Positions 36,599 to 49,925 of a stretch of 64,000 bases of DNA are shown here, piece by piece. The stretch comes from Octopus bimaculoides (taxonomy: Eukaryota): positions 30,368,227 through 30,432,226 of the forward strand of contig NC_068990.1 of NCBI RefSeq assembly GCF_001194135.2, written 5' to 3'. The translations under genes and the position numbers were made by a program. The number at the start of each line of letters is the position of its first letter. Position 1 is the stretch's first letter. The notes under the pieces are model-generated. The model had not been told where the DNA came from and did not search any database. It saw nothing but the letters and a program-made list of their open reading frames with translations.

Positions 36599-39039
36599 AC
36601 ATTGGCCTTGGCAGGATTTGAACTAAGAATGTAGAGCCAAAAGAAATCCTGCTAAGCATTTTTATCCAATGGGTTAATTGTTTTGCCCTGTAATTAATAA
36701 TAATTGAAGACCTGATGAACATAACAATAATTATAAAGATGATAGGAACTCTAGCTGTTGGCTCTTATGACTCTAGTAGTTTTTTTTTTGTCCATTAAAG
36801 ATGTTTATAGCGCCTCAGTGTCTTAGATGATTATTCATCTAAGTCAAAGATTGTGAAACTGCAGGGATCCAGCTCATACTAATGCTTTCAGTAATAAGAG
36901 ATGTTATTGTGGCCCATTTATGTAAAGGGAGTTCTGATCAATTGCTTAAAAACAACTTTTGGCAAAGTAAGGTTAGAGGTTTAGATTATTGTTCTGATGC
37001 CTATGCTTCCAATGGATCAGATGGAATTCATTGAGGTAAATTTTCTTCAGCTGGATGCCTTTCCTGTCACCAACCCTCACCTGTTTCTATGTAAGGTAAT
37101 ATTTTCCCATGGTCAAAAATATTTTTCACAGAAGATTAGAAATCAATGACACCATTATAAGATTGTGTAACTGTTGTAATCCAATGTCAGATTGTTATAG
37201 TGTCCACTGCAGTATAGCAGCATAGTTAGTTAGACAAGTGAGACATGACTGTCTGCGACTGACTTCTTGACCTCCGATTTCACAGTATTCGTAAGAACTA
37301 TTACATACCACTTATCATGAGGGAGGGGTGTTCCATTATTATTATCCCTATAACAGTAACATCAAAAGGGGACAGACATATGCACACATCACACATGCAC
37401 ACACGCATGCATGCACATACATGCATGCGCACATGCACACCCACCTACCTAGGATGAGTGGACAAAAGAAAGAAAGAGGCATTCAACACATTTAGTAGGA
37501 GTTACATATATTATTTTTTAAAACAGTTTGATTTGGCTCCATGGGATTTAGTTTCGTAGGCTATATGTATATATGTATGTTTATATCTATCTATCTATCT
37601 ATACACACACACACACATGTATGTATGTATAAAATGTTATTATTATAAAGCCATAAATTTGGGGCAAGGCAGATCCACCCTGGTATTTATTTTACTCCTC
37701 CTCTTCCTCTCGAAAGGGTGAAATGATGAAATACAAAGCTGACCACAAATGATGGTGGTGTTGCAGGGGGTGGGAGTGTTTGGGCACAACTGAATTACAC
37801 AGCAGGACATTTTTTTGCTTCTGTCATATTTCTCCCCCACTCCCCGTGTATCATCATCATCATCATCATCATCATTATTATTATTATTATTATTATCCTA
37901 TTTTTAAAATTTTCTGAGCCTAGTTGTCACGTAGACAGAGCTTAAATATCAGTTTTCATTCTATTAAACAACATCCTGCACAAGAGATACACTTAGCTTG
38001 TATAATAGTAATAATGGTGATGATGATGATGATGATGTTTAGTTCCTTAGTAACACTTTTGGTAAGAGTGAAACCCGAGATTGACAATTACCCAATTTAT
38101 ACGTGAGACTGAATCAATTTGGTCTCATATGGTAAATTTACTGTGTCTAGACTTGAACTAGAAAACTCTAGGCTTCATACTTCTTACCAACCGTCTGAGC
38201 CAGTTTATTTGCCTCAGTGTCATGGATTATATTTGCTGTAGTGTTGTTGTTGAGTGGAAGTCAGTGTAAATGCTGTTCATTGACAGTTCAAGGCTCAAGA
38301 AGTTCTTCTTAAACCCTTTCTCTCCTTGAGATCAATAAACAAGTTCCTGTTACATGATACAATCCTATTGCTTCTCTTTCTATCTCTCCGTCTCTTTCTC
38401 ACCTTCTTTCCCCTCTTCACATCCCCCCTCTCTCTCTCTATCTTACTTTTTTATCTTCTCTCTCCTTTCCTCTCTTTATCTCTCTCTCCCATTTTCTTAG
38501 CCTCTGTGTTTTCTTCTCTAGCTTCACTCCCTCTTTTTAAGCTGTTGTTGATGATGATGATGACATTGCTAACAGTGGTGGTGGTGGTATTTTCCTGTCA
38601 TTTTCTCACTTAAGTGTTAAGTTCTCAATTTCTTATGATGTCACCCCCTCCCCTTGATAATGTTCTCATCTTAATTGTTCTCCTTCCTTTTTCTCTTTTT
38701 TTCTTCCTTAATCTCTTATCTCATTTATTGATATAAAAACTTGAAAATTAGATAAAATAAGAACAAGTCACAGAGATTATTGAGGGTTTTTATTATCTTT
38801 CCTGAGCAATTTCCTGGTAATAAATTGAAACCTTGGCCCCCTAACAACTAATTGTTCCATTATTTCTCCTTCAGTGTCCTTCAGCTCTGTAACCAATCCT
38901 TCTCAGTAGACGGAGTTGGGTTTTTTTTTCTCCATTTCATCCTAATCATATGATAGGTTTTATGTTTTAAGATTTTCTCATGCTCCATGATCTACAATAA
39001 TGAATTCCTGAAAATGGCACAATGTCACAAATTACGTGT

Positions 39040-39350
39040 GAAATAGACTGCTTAAATGAGCTCCATGTTATGACAGGTACTTGTTTAGTCTTGACTCTAT
39101 TGATCTCCAGAAGAACTGAAAGCAAAATTTGATCAATAAGCACTTGTGGTTGCAAAGCATGGACTCTGAACAAATTTGAAGAGAACGTTTGCAACATGGG
39201 TCTATAGGAGAATGTTCTGAGTCTCTTACAAGGATTCTCAGACAAACAAATGGATGTGAGGAAAGAAGGTGAAAGACAACAACAGCAGATTGGAAATGGA
39301 TGCTGCTTGTAAGAGGGTGACCCTTGCTTACAACTACCACAAGGTGATGA
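39040..39350 (+). mobile_element. Decayed RTE-clade LINE fragment (post-RT region)
   Basis: I*SISTCGCKAWTLNK...WVYRRMF*VSYKDSQTNKW resembles the RTE motif IWSxxxYGCEAWTL...WxYRRMLRISxxDxxTNE. Confidence 0.75.
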
Positions 39351-41244
39351 TAGTGACCCATCGACTGCATGTGTCTATGTATACTTCCATTATCTCAACC
39401 ACATATATGTATATATGTACGTATATGTATGCTTTCATTATCTTTAACAATCACAAGACTAGTCACGTCCTGTGTAAACTCCTACCCCCTCATCCCTACA
39501 TTAAAATGTGATTTGATTAAGTTAAAGCTGCCATATGTTCAATTAGGAAGTTTCAAATTTTTGTCTACTTCAGTGTTTTAATCTTTGGTTGCGAATGACG
39601 ATCAAAGCTGCCATACTTGATTAACACCCCCCTCCCCACGGAGGGGGGCATTTCCTGTCAGTTGTTGCACCACTGCCATACCACCACCACCACTGGTTTT
39701 GTCACACCACCATCTTTCTTACTTTTCTGTTCACAGACTATTAAGATCATTTGACTTGCTGGAAATAGCAACCATATCTCTCCCTCAAACTACACCTATT
39801 TCAGAGAGGTATAACATAGTGGATAATGTAGCACTAAATACACTACATTTGAGCTTTGATAAAACCGGTGGTCATGGCTGGAATCACTTTTGTCTTAGAT
39901 CTGTTGAATCAGAATTGATTTGAGGCTGAGTGATGGCAACAGCATTTCCCTCCAGATGTCACATCACCACTCCCACTATCATCACAGACAATACCTTTGC
40001 ATTGTCACATCACCATCTCCACCACTATCACAGCCACCACCATCACCACACTACTCTCATCACAAATAAAAATTCCTTTGCATCATCATCATCATCATCA
40101 TCATCATCAATGGATTCCTTGACCTGTTCAAGGCTACAGCCACATCTCTATCAACAAGTTCCCTGTCTCTCTTTTTTTTGTAAATGACAGTCACACGATT
40201 CACTGAATTGTGGGCCAACATGTCACTAACACTCCAACAGGATGGCTAACACTAAAGCTTTATATCCTTTTGCAAATCACAAGGATATAAAGAGCTGATA
40301 CTTATCTCTAGATTTCTGTAGTGTTAAGCAGATAAAACATTGAGTTCCTTCTAACTGTAACACTGTGTGTGGCTCTTCTTGCTGAGGGAATTGAACCCAA
40401 TACTATGAAAGCTAATGGAAGGCACATTAACATCACAGTATTGTTTAGGGCTAGGAGGACTCTCCCATTGAGGACTAGTTGTTTCAACCATGGACACAAT
40501 GCACTACTGATGCTAGGATATGTACTCTTTACTTTTTGGTCTGTTATACAATACCTTATTGTCTCACAACTATAAGTGGAACACAAATACTTCATAAAGT
40601 CAGTTACTGTCATGCTATCAGCTTCAGCCTGACAAGCAAATAACTTTATTTTCTAATATTTTCTGAGCCATCTTCAGAGATATTCCACCTGACAGACTTC
40701 TTCTGGTTTTAAGATGAACATGCAACCCTTCTTACTCTTCTGACAGCTTTGGTAAAAGTTGTACTGTTGCCCTCAGTGTAAAACCACAGTTTGCCGTGAG
40801 AATCTTCAAGCAAAATGGTGCAAGGATTTTCTAGCAAAATAATCCACAAATAGGCTGCAACTTTTTCTTGGATTGTTTCCTGTTAGTTTACACCATCCAA
40901 ATCAACTGTGCCCTTGGTTTTACACATGACTACAGATTCATTGAGAAACCGTTCTTTGCCCCATGTATAGCGAGATCTGGAGTGACTATCTGCATAGTTA
41001 TTCTTAAGCTGTCTGGGCAGGTTCAGACATAAAATATGCTGGTCACTGTAGTGTATGTCATAGGAGAAAAACTTCTCTTTTTTAATACCTGTGTATTCAA
41101 CACATCTGGTTCCTTGGTGCACTTACATTCTGGAACACGGTTATTTCAACATATCTTTCATGAACCAGAAGTAGCTGGAAATCTTGAGCCTAGACAGTTT
41201 TGGTCTGGAAGAAAAGGCTTTGCTTGTGTCTCGTCACAAGCGTT

Positions 41245-42545
41245 GTAAGACTGGTGACATTCATGCCATTAACATTCGTTTTGAACAGTCGCAAGTTATC
41301 TGCAGGAAAAAAATTGTACAGAGAAGGAATTTAAGAGATGTCGTGTTCTAGAGAAGAGGGACTAGGTGTAGTAGTTAGTGCAGAACCTGGGTGGGTTGAG
41401 CATTTAGTAAGGGTGCTGAGTAGAGGTGGCATGAAATGGACCAGATATGATGAGCAGAGGCTACTGTAGTAGTGGTAGACAAAGCAGAGAGAGAAGACCC
41501 AGCATATTTATGGGAAGGAGATTGGAGTGACTTCATGCCAGCCAGTCTATTGTGAGTTTGTGAGCCACTGACAATGTTTTATGAGGGGCTTGAGTCAAGT
41601 GGCTTTTCTTTGAATACAGTCTCCCATATGTGTGTGTGCTGCAACAGCAACACTGTCCTAGATGTGAGAACAATACTCTATTATGGGTCTCACTGAAGCT
41701 TTGTAAAGAATTTGTAGTTATTATTGAGGGTGGAAATAATTTCTAGTTCCGAAGAGGAAGGTCAGTCATAGAGATAAAACCTTTATGTTGATGTGTGTTT
41801 ACCAGCAGAGATCTTTAGTAATGGTGAGGACAATGTTTGAAACACTTGTGAGGGTTCTACTTGGGTGGCAGTAGGGGTGAGTTATGACAAGGTTTTCTTT
41901 ATATCCAGTGACTGTTTCTTTTTTGCTGTAGAAGGGTGGGGTACATGATTGGTTCTCTGTCTTGAGATCTGTAATCACAAGTCAGTGAAGGCCTTTAGGT
42001 TGTGTGTGTGGAGGATGCTTAGGTGGGCAAGAGTAGGGAGGAATGAAGGACGGTGTCATTTGTATAGGAGTGAGCCCTTTTGGAAGGGATAGCAAGTAAA
42101 GGAGAAGGATGTAGCCTGACAGGAAACCATAAGGGATTTTCTTGTGAAAAATGGCCAAAAGCTTTGTTGATGTCGAGGAGGCATTGAAGGAAGGATTTGG
42201 CTTTCATCAGATTTCTTGATGCTCTCTTTGAAAAGTGGTAGAAAGGAAACTTCTATAGAATTGATTGGGACCCTTTTAGCAAGAGACCAAAAGGATCAGC
42301 TGTAGTTCAGGAGGTGGGAGAATATGTGTGCTGTGTGATGTATTGAGATAGCTATTTATTTAGATGAAGATTTTGCAGGAGTTGTAGTGCTGGGTAAGAG
42401 ATCCCCTGACTGTAGGGGGTTGGGGTGATTCTTCTTCAAGCATTGTTGGTTGTTTTTGCTTCTGCACATTAACCTGCTTGTTTGTTACTTCTAATAAAGC
42501 ACCTATCTGTATGGTGACGATTTCATCATCATTGACAGACATAAC
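41245..42545 (-). mobile_element. Decayed CR1/L2-group LINE ORF2 fragment (linker, start of RT, and C-terminus; most of the RT core is missing)
   Basis: Minus strand: SFWSLAKRVPINSIEVSFLPLF; FLFGTRNYFHPQ**LQILYKASVRPIIEYCSHI*D...IQRKAT; YHYYSSLCSSYL; DNLRLFKTNVN. Confidence 0.8.
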
Positions 42546-42632
42546 CCCATTCCTCATATGAAGTAACTGATTTGTCTGTCTATCTGTGTGTCTGTCTGTC
42601 TGTCTGTCTGTCTATCTACCTACCCACCCACG

Positions 42633-42675
<43 letters not shown>

Positions 42676-43493
42676 TTTACATGTAATCTGTGACTACTTT
42701 TAACAATGGACGAGGGCCTATGAGTTTGTATTATGATCTGATGTATAAAATGTATTTTATAATTTTCTCAGTCAGTCTTCTGATAGCTTGTGGGGGGTTT
42801 CTGTAGTTGATTCAGCCAACATAGTTCTGAATTCACCATGGGCCAGACACAGCCCATGTGGCCTACATCTGGCCTGTAGGCTACAGATTGTTCAACACTT
42901 TAGTGGCATATAATAAAAACTAGTGTAAAACCATTACATAACATTAGATTTAAACAAAATAAGGGAAGAAAAATAAAATAGAAGCTCACTTAATGTTCAA
43001 TGAATTCTTTCTTCCAAAATAAATTTGACCATTTAAAGAGACTCTTGTGTTCTTCAAAATTAAAAACATTCAGCTTCCTTTTCTGTTTATTCAGGAAATT
43101 ATTTACTTCTAAAATAATTTTCAAATTCTATATTGAATTTCGGCTTCAAAATCATGTTAGACCCATTTGTATGCAGGTTTCTTTTTTTTTTTCTTTTTTG
43201 TTTCCACTAATAAATTAGTCTCCTTAATTCACCGAGACTCACTTAGAAGCATTGTTCTCCCCAGCATTGGCGCTTGATGGATGTTTACAGTAGCACTTAT
43301 CAGTGGCAGAAATTCTTTACATTGGACCCTCTCACTTCTCTCTCCACTAATTACACACACACATACCCTCCCTCTCTGAAATTATTAACATGTCTTGAGA
43401 AGGATCGTTGGTACTCTTATACAAGCCATTCCTCTAAATCTGTTAGTTAATCTCTTTTGAATTTTTCTTTATCAATAGTGGCTCTGTATGAAG

Positions 43494-43685
43494 AATGAAT
43501 TTACGACCTATATGGAAGTAATCTATTTCTCAGTGAATGACCTGTATGGAAGTACCCTCTTTATCAATGAATCCAAGGTGCTTGATGAAAGTACCTTGTC
43601 TGACAGTGAATTCGTGACCTACACTGTGGTTACTCCCTCAGTCAGTGAATTTGAGGCCTATATGGAAATACTCTATCAATGAATA
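43494..43685 (+). repeat. Degenerate minisatellite, 5 units of 34-39 bp
   Basis: Units start a(a/g)tgaat at 43494, 43532, 43566, 43605, 43644 and 43678; core gacctatatggaagtac. Confidence 0.7.
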
Positions 43686-44264
43686 GAGAGAGAGAGAGAG
43701 AGAGATTTCTTTTGTGCTCTGTGTGTTTTATATCTTGTGATAAATTAGAAGAGATTAAGTAGATTTGAGGATTGGTGGAATACATTAACTTTTCTAGGCT
43801 AACTGTAACAGGAAGCAATTTTGGTGACATGTTGATGTGGGGTGGGGGTCGGATGTGTTAAATGGTGGCAGTCTAAAGCAACTGTAATTTTTTCTTTTTG
43901 CTATGAACAAATAAGGCAGTACAAATAAATATACACACATTTAAATGCTACAGTTAAACTGTGTGTATATAATGAATTTTTAATTCACTATATTGTTGAA
44001 ATACTCTAAGCATAATAGATTAAATAGACATTAATATATAATGCTAATAAGAATTAGTTTCAAAACCTCCACTGTAATTATTGCTAATTATGCAGTGAAG
44101 CCCCTGTGTGTTTATTATTGTAAAAATTATAGAACTTAATGTTTAGTCAAGTTCACACTGTGGTTCATATCAATCTTAGTTGGAGGTTTTCGATTTTGTA
44201 GTTTAAATCTCGAGTTAAATAGTGTAGTCTAACTTAATTTAATTTTCCAATGCTTTTATATTCT

Positions 44265-44448
44265 TATACTTGTTTCAGTTAATTGACTGTGGCCATGCTG
44301 GAGCACCGCCTTTAGCCGAACAAATTGCCCCCCAGGACTTATTCTTTGTAAGCCTAGTACTTATTCTATCGGTCTCTTTTGGCGAACCACTAAGTTACGG
44401 GGACATAAGCACACCAGAGATGGTGGTGGTGGTGTGTGTGGGGAGGGA

Positions 44449-44504
<56 letters not shown>

Positions 44505-44740
44505 ATGGGCTTCTTTCAGTTTCTGTCTACCAAATCCACTCACAAGGCTTTGATCGACCCGAAGCTATAGTAGAAGACACTTGCCCAANNNNNNNNNNTT
44601 CTGTCTACCAAATCCACTCACAAGGCTTTGATCGACCCGAAGCTATAGTAGAAGACACTTGCCCAAGGTGCCACGCAGTGGGACTGAACCCGGAACCATG
44701 TGGTTGGTAAGCAAGCTACTTACCACACAGTCACTCCTAC
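44265..44740 (-). mobile_element. Young SINE family B copy
   Basis: Near-complete and CpG-retaining reverse complement of 45635-46040. Confidence 0.92.
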
Positions 44741-45634
44741 GCCTATATTGTTAAAATTATTAATAGGTAAACTAAGAAACAAAGCAATGAGCCCACTCTG
44801 GTGCGATGTATGGTAGGGCCAGATGAAGTGTATCTACCCCTAATAAGGAGTTACTCTCAGGGACTACAATTTCACTGCCTGTCAAAAGTTTATTGTCTAA
44901 TGATGATATGGTTCTCCAGATGAAGCTGGAAGAGAGAAAAAGTATGAAAATTTTGAAACTGTTTCAGTTGTGACTTATAATGCTATTGATTTGTGAGGAG
45001 AGCAAATGTCTGTTTCCTAAGATGAGTAATTAAAAATATTGTGACTGTTGGTTCACCTGATTAACCTCCTCAGCTGTCAGCATAACTTCTTGCATATCAA
45101 TTAGTCCTGCTCAGTGTCTGATGTAAGAAGGAGTCCCACGTCTTTCACCGTCATCACACCAGGAATCTTGTGAAAAACTTCTGATAAAGTGATGTCAAGT
45201 GCTTCAGAGTAGAATATGAGTAAAACAAATATTCACTGACTGAAATTCTATCCCTTTCGAAGTGGATTCATGTCATGGCTGTTTTTATTTTGTATTATTT
45301 TACAGTTTGAGACTGAATTAAAAAAATGTTTTGTTTCTTAGTTTTTAGAAGTGTTAACCTCATTCCCTTTTGTCATAAAAACCCCCAAACAAAACACTCC
45401 AATCAACTTCTACCATCTTCAGTTGTCTTCATTTGGTTACAGTCATTCACTGTAATGACCCTAATATAACACAGTGTTTATACTCAGTGTGTTCCACAAT
45501 GAATTATTTCAGTGAAATCGGTCAAATTAAAAAAGAAAAAGAAAAAAAAAAACTGGCAGAATTTTCTGTTTATGATACCAAAAGAAATAGATTTATAAAT
45601 CTTATCTCAAAACTTTATTGAAAATTTTCAACAT

Positions 45635-46040
45635 AGGCGCAGGAGTGACTGTGTCGTAAGTAGCTTGCTTACCAACCACATGGTTCTCGGTTCAGTCCCA
45701 CTGCGTGGCACCTTGGGCAAGTGTCTTCTACTATAGCCTCGGGCTGACCAAAGCCTTGTGAGTGGATTTGGTAGATGGAAACTGAAAGAAGCTCATCGTA
45801 TATATGTATATATATATATATATGTATTTGTGTGTCTGTGTTTGTCCCCCCAACATCACTTGACAACTGGTGTTGGTGTGTTTACGTTCACCGTAACTTA
45901 GCGGTTTGGCAAAAGAGACCGAAAGAATAAGTACTAGGCTTACAAAAAATAAGTCCTGAGGTCGATTTGCTTGACTAAAGGCGGTGCTCCAGCATGGCCA
46001 CATTCAAATGACTGAAACAAGTAAAAGAGTAAAAGAGTAT
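45635..46040 (+). mobile_element. Young full-length SINE family B copy
   Basis: ggcgcaggagtgactgtgtcgtaag (A-box-like), ggttcagtccc (B-box-like), internal (TA)n(TG)n, tail gagtaaaagagtaaaagag. Confidence 0.92.
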
Positions 46041-46527
46041 CTGAATGTGCTGAGTGCAGTTTGATGAAGATGGTAGAATCTCTCTAAGAGTTCAGAGAAG
46101 CTGTTGTAGTAGTAATACAATGTGCAAAGTGAGGCGACCATTTTGTTAGTATTTGTCCTTTTAGCTGTGGCTGAAGATGCAGAATAGTTATTTGTACTCT
46201 TTTACAGTCTATGATAACTGCCTTGTTATAGAAATGTTATTTTATTTTGACTCGGCACAGCCTGTTTTTTTTCCTTTTTAACTATTTTGGGAGTTTACAG
46301 CCCCACCTGAGGGAGGAGGCCAAGTTGATTACATGCACCTCAGTATATTACAGATATTTGTTTCATTGATACGAATTAGGAGGGAAGTAAGTAGGCATAA
46401 AGACCATCTTTTAATTAGCTGCTACGCAATTGCAAGTATTGAGTACTTTTCTCTTTCCAAACTGTATCCCTAATATGACAGTCAGATATTTATTTTATCA
46501 AAGGCCCAAATTTTTTTTTCTATAAGC

Positions 46528-46895
46528 ATAGCCATGGCTGCATGGTTAAGGAGCTCTCTTTGCAACCACATGGTTTCTAGTTCAATCCCATGACATGACA
46601 CCTTGGACAAGTGTCTTCTATTATAGCCTCTGGCCAACCAAAGCCTTTTGAGTGAATTTGGTCAATAAAAACTGTGTGGAAGCTTGTCATTTATTTGTGT
46701 GTGCCTTTGTACCTGTGTTTGCCAACTGCTTCATAACCAGTGTTTTTTTGTTTACATCCTCCTTAACTTAATGATTTGGCAACAGAGACTGATAGAATAA
46801 GTACTGGGGTTGATGTGTTCAGCTAAAGCCCTTCAAGGTGGTGCTCCAGCATGGCTGCAATCTGATGACTGAAACAAGTGGAAGATAGAAGATAT
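46528..46895 (+). mobile_element. Older SINE family B copy
   Basis: Co-linear with 45635-46040. Confidence 0.85.
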
Positions 46896-47499
46896 AAGAC
46901 TCACTCAGAACCTCCTGAATTTCTCAGAAGTAGACTATTAACCAGGTCACTTGGCTGTGGATCATATCAAGTCTCCTACCACTGCTGCCGCCACCACCAC
47001 CACCACCACTTCCCAACACATAAAACATAAATGGGTGATAGATTTGGAGTGCACTTGTCTACTGTTTATTTATGAACATGAAACAAATAACTCTAATCCT
47101 ACTGCCTCTCTTAATATTTCTGTACTTAAGAGAAATAAGCAGCTTGGAATGAATTCCACACTCTTGGCATTTTGATTGTTATGATTATTAATTATGAGTA
47201 ATTTAGTGTAGAAGCTGGAGAAGATATTAGCAGCAAGAGCCTCTCAACAGAAAATCTCTAGTTTTCTGATGTTAATAGAAATGGAGAGGCTAATGGTCAT
47301 GTTGTATTTTGTTTTAAGCTATTTTGGTCTGAGCTAAAACTTTCAAGTGAAATGACAGCCAATGGGTCTGCAGTTTATTAACAACTGCAAAGTGCAGGTG
47401 TGGTTGCAGGGTTAAGTAACTTGCTTCACAACCACATGGTTTCTAGTTCAGTACTTATGTGACTAGATTTGGTTAGTAGAAACTGAAAGAAGCTTGTCA

Positions 47500-47932
47500 T
47501 GCTTGTGAGTGTTTCGATCTTTTCCCAAGTACTGTTGAGCTACAAGTGGTAACTGTGTTGCAATTTCTCATGCCAGTGCTGTCTGACTGACATCTGTGCT
47601 GGTGGCACATAAAGAGCACCATTTGAGCGTTGGGTCTTATGGAGGCAGTGACAGGTGACCAAGACCTTTGGCGATATACCATGCTTGTGTAGATCTGTGA
47701 GATTGTAGTCGTGGCTGATGCTGGCATCAGGTTATTGGTATCCGTTCCAATGTCACTTAAAAGACACCCGCTACACTCTTGGAGTGGTTGGCATTAGGAA
47801 GGGCATCCAGCCGTAGAAACATTGCCAAATCAGATCGGAACCTGGTGCAGCCCCCATCCCTCCCCCGGCTTACCAGTTTACAGTCAAACCATCCAACCCA
47901 TGCCAGCATGGACAACGGACATTAAATGATGA
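47500..47932 (+). mobile_element. SINE family C copy
   Basis: ggtggcacataaagagcacc unit, core ggttggcattaggaagggcatccagccg, tail acggacattaaatgatgat. Confidence 0.85.
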
Positions 47933-48095
47933 TCTGTGTACTCTTGTACAGAATGTGGTCTGTATGTGTTGAGTGACTTAACCAGGCTGAAATACACTGC
48001 CTTTGTTTCAAGTAATTTTGAAAATCATGAAGAATTTAATAAAATAACTCTCATTATTAAGCTGGAGTTTGGAACANNNNNNNNNNTGTGATGAA

Positions 48096-48292
48096 CCCTT
48101 TAGCATTTAAACTGGCCACATCTGGTCAAAATGTTCTACCTGTTCTATATTTGAAACAGCTAGATTTGGCCTCTTGCACCTACCCTACAATGTCATTCGA
48201 AATCTCAGAGCTATGAGATAATCCATGATTAATTCAAAGCAATGTGAATAAATAAGCATCACATTTGACAGAATAATCTGAATGCTAAAGGG
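48096..48292. mobile_element. piggyBac-like MITE
   Basis: Perfect 12-bp TIR ccctttagcatt/aatgctaaaggg; flanks tgaa and TTAA. Confidence 0.8.
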
Positions 48293-49180
48293 TTAATAAA
48301 GATCCTGTATGTGGTTGATCAACCTGCTAGATATAACAGCTGCATTACCCTCATATCACACCAAAACCATCTTAAAGACTATGAAATGATGTGATGGTCA
48401 TGACTGGAACGCCTTTGATCAAAAGACTGCTTAATCAGGATTGACTTAGAGCTAAACAAAACCAACCTTTTGGTCTCAATACAATTAAACACCGTTAATA
48501 TACTGTGACTTTACCATTCTCCAACAAAAAAAATGGCCTCTTGTGTGCTTATGTGAGAAGAGATACCTGTTCAAGGCTGACATCTTAACTGTAGGTCTAT
48601 ATCATCTCTTGCTGTTCAGGTAAATTGATAGCAGCAGTGTACTTCAGCCAAAGCCAGTGTATTTAAAAATACTATATTGATACTAGTTCAAGAACCACCA
48701 CCACCACCACCACCACCACCACCACCACTGCATGCTTTCCTCTTAGAAGTTGGTCTCTATTGATTGTGCGTACTTTTGCAAATTCTAACTCCTGTGTGTG
48801 TGTGTGTGAAACAGAAACCTCTTGTCACCTTTTTTTTTGTTGTTTTTGTTGGTTCCTTTGGTGTTACCATCAAAGGCTTCATCTTTATGCAGTGTGTCAG
48901 TGCCAAGTTTGGCACATCTTGGTGCCATTCCACTCCTATTGACTGTGACCAAAACCACTACTCATTTTCACTGCTATCCACCATCACTACCACCACCATG
49001 TTCTCATGTTTCTCCTCCTTCCCTTGCTCATTTCTTGATCTCTATCATCCTCCCTGTTCCCCATTACTCTCTCTCTCTCTCTTTGATATTCCCTCTTCTA
49101 TCTCTGTATCTCCTCCTATCATGTTACATGTACTCTACTAAGTCCACCAACAACCACCATGTCACTGTCTGTCATCTCCA

Positions 49181-49215
<35 letters not shown>

Positions 49216-49754
49216 AGCCCCCACACATGCACACACACACTTTATTTGTGGGTTAACAAGGCTACCATTAGTTTCATGCTGAGAGAAATCTTTCAACAAT
49301 TACCTCGCCTGCTACTTGGAATGTTGGTCCCCATCCCTGTCTGAGATGAAATAACAACTTCCTTCACATAAAAATACACAATATTAGCATGTGGTGTGTG
49401 ATATATATATCTTCATTCTCTATCACTCTGGTACTTTTCTCTCTTCAATCCACTCATTCTTCTAGTCCTCACCAGAGTGATAGGAAGAGGATGCTAAAGG
49501 AGAAAGGGTGATAGTCTGCTACAGGATGGTTGTTGTTAAATTGAATAGCAACTAAAGGAGTTTTCCTCAGGTTAAGACAACTTGTCCAGTGTTGCTGCTG
49601 TGATAAAATCCACCCAGTCCACTCTGTAAAGTGGTTGGTGTTAAGAAGTGGGTGCATCCAGAAACAGTGTGCTTGGAGTTTACCATCATTCTGCACAACT
49701 TTATTGCTTATGTTCTCTCTCCCTTCTGGGTGTACCCATATATAATATGTATAT

Positions 49755-49925
49755 TGTCATTGTTTAATGTCTGCTTTCCATGCTGGCTTGGGTTGGATGG
49801 TTTGACTGAGGGCTGGCAAGCCAGAAGGCTGCACAAGGCTCTAATCTGATTTGGCAAAATTTCTACAGCTGGATGCCCTTCCTAGCGTCAACCACTCTGA
49901 GAGTATAGTGGGTACTTTTTACGTG
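49755..49925 (-). mobile_element. SINE family C 3' part
   Basis: Tail and core on the minus strand. Confidence 0.8.

Larger units (their letters stand above)
35505..36695 (-). mobile_element. Array of about 6 full or partial SINE family A copies with an embedded (TAC)n array and a hammerhead-family fragment
   Basis: Family A motif at ~35505, 35605, 35988, 36220, 36410 and 36600. Confidence 0.85.
3390..48086. other. Assembly gaps: 3390-3614, 7810-8071, 13934-13947, 14936-15073, 16882-17043, 20467-20726, 26992-27085, 44589-44598, 48077-48086
   Basis: N runs, mostly at microsatellites or inside SINEs. Confidence 0.99.

Noticed and set aside
40259-40291. 11-bp perfect hairpin (tttatatcctt/aaggatataaa) and an isolated octamer ATTTGCAT at ~4425
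   Set aside because: AT-rich stems and single short motifs are expected by chance in 64 kb, and there is no supporting context.
40620-41240. Coding-like segment that I first read as an APE endonuclease or mariner remnant
   Set aside because: The apparent APE start (LFKTNVNG) is better explained as the C-terminus of the adjacent CR1/L2 ORF2. The remaining motifs (TPDLA, MLVTV) are too weak to assign.
44521-44666. Perfect 68-bp tandem duplication inside a SINE-B copy
   Set aside because: The two identical copies directly flank a 10-N gap (44589-44598), which is typical of an unmerged contig overlap, i.e. an assembly artefact.
45635-45720. tRNA-like A/B boxes here and at other SINE heads (also 38150-38215 on the minus strand)
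   Set aside because: They do not form a full cloverleaf and continue into repeat bodies; these are SINE heads, not tRNA genes.
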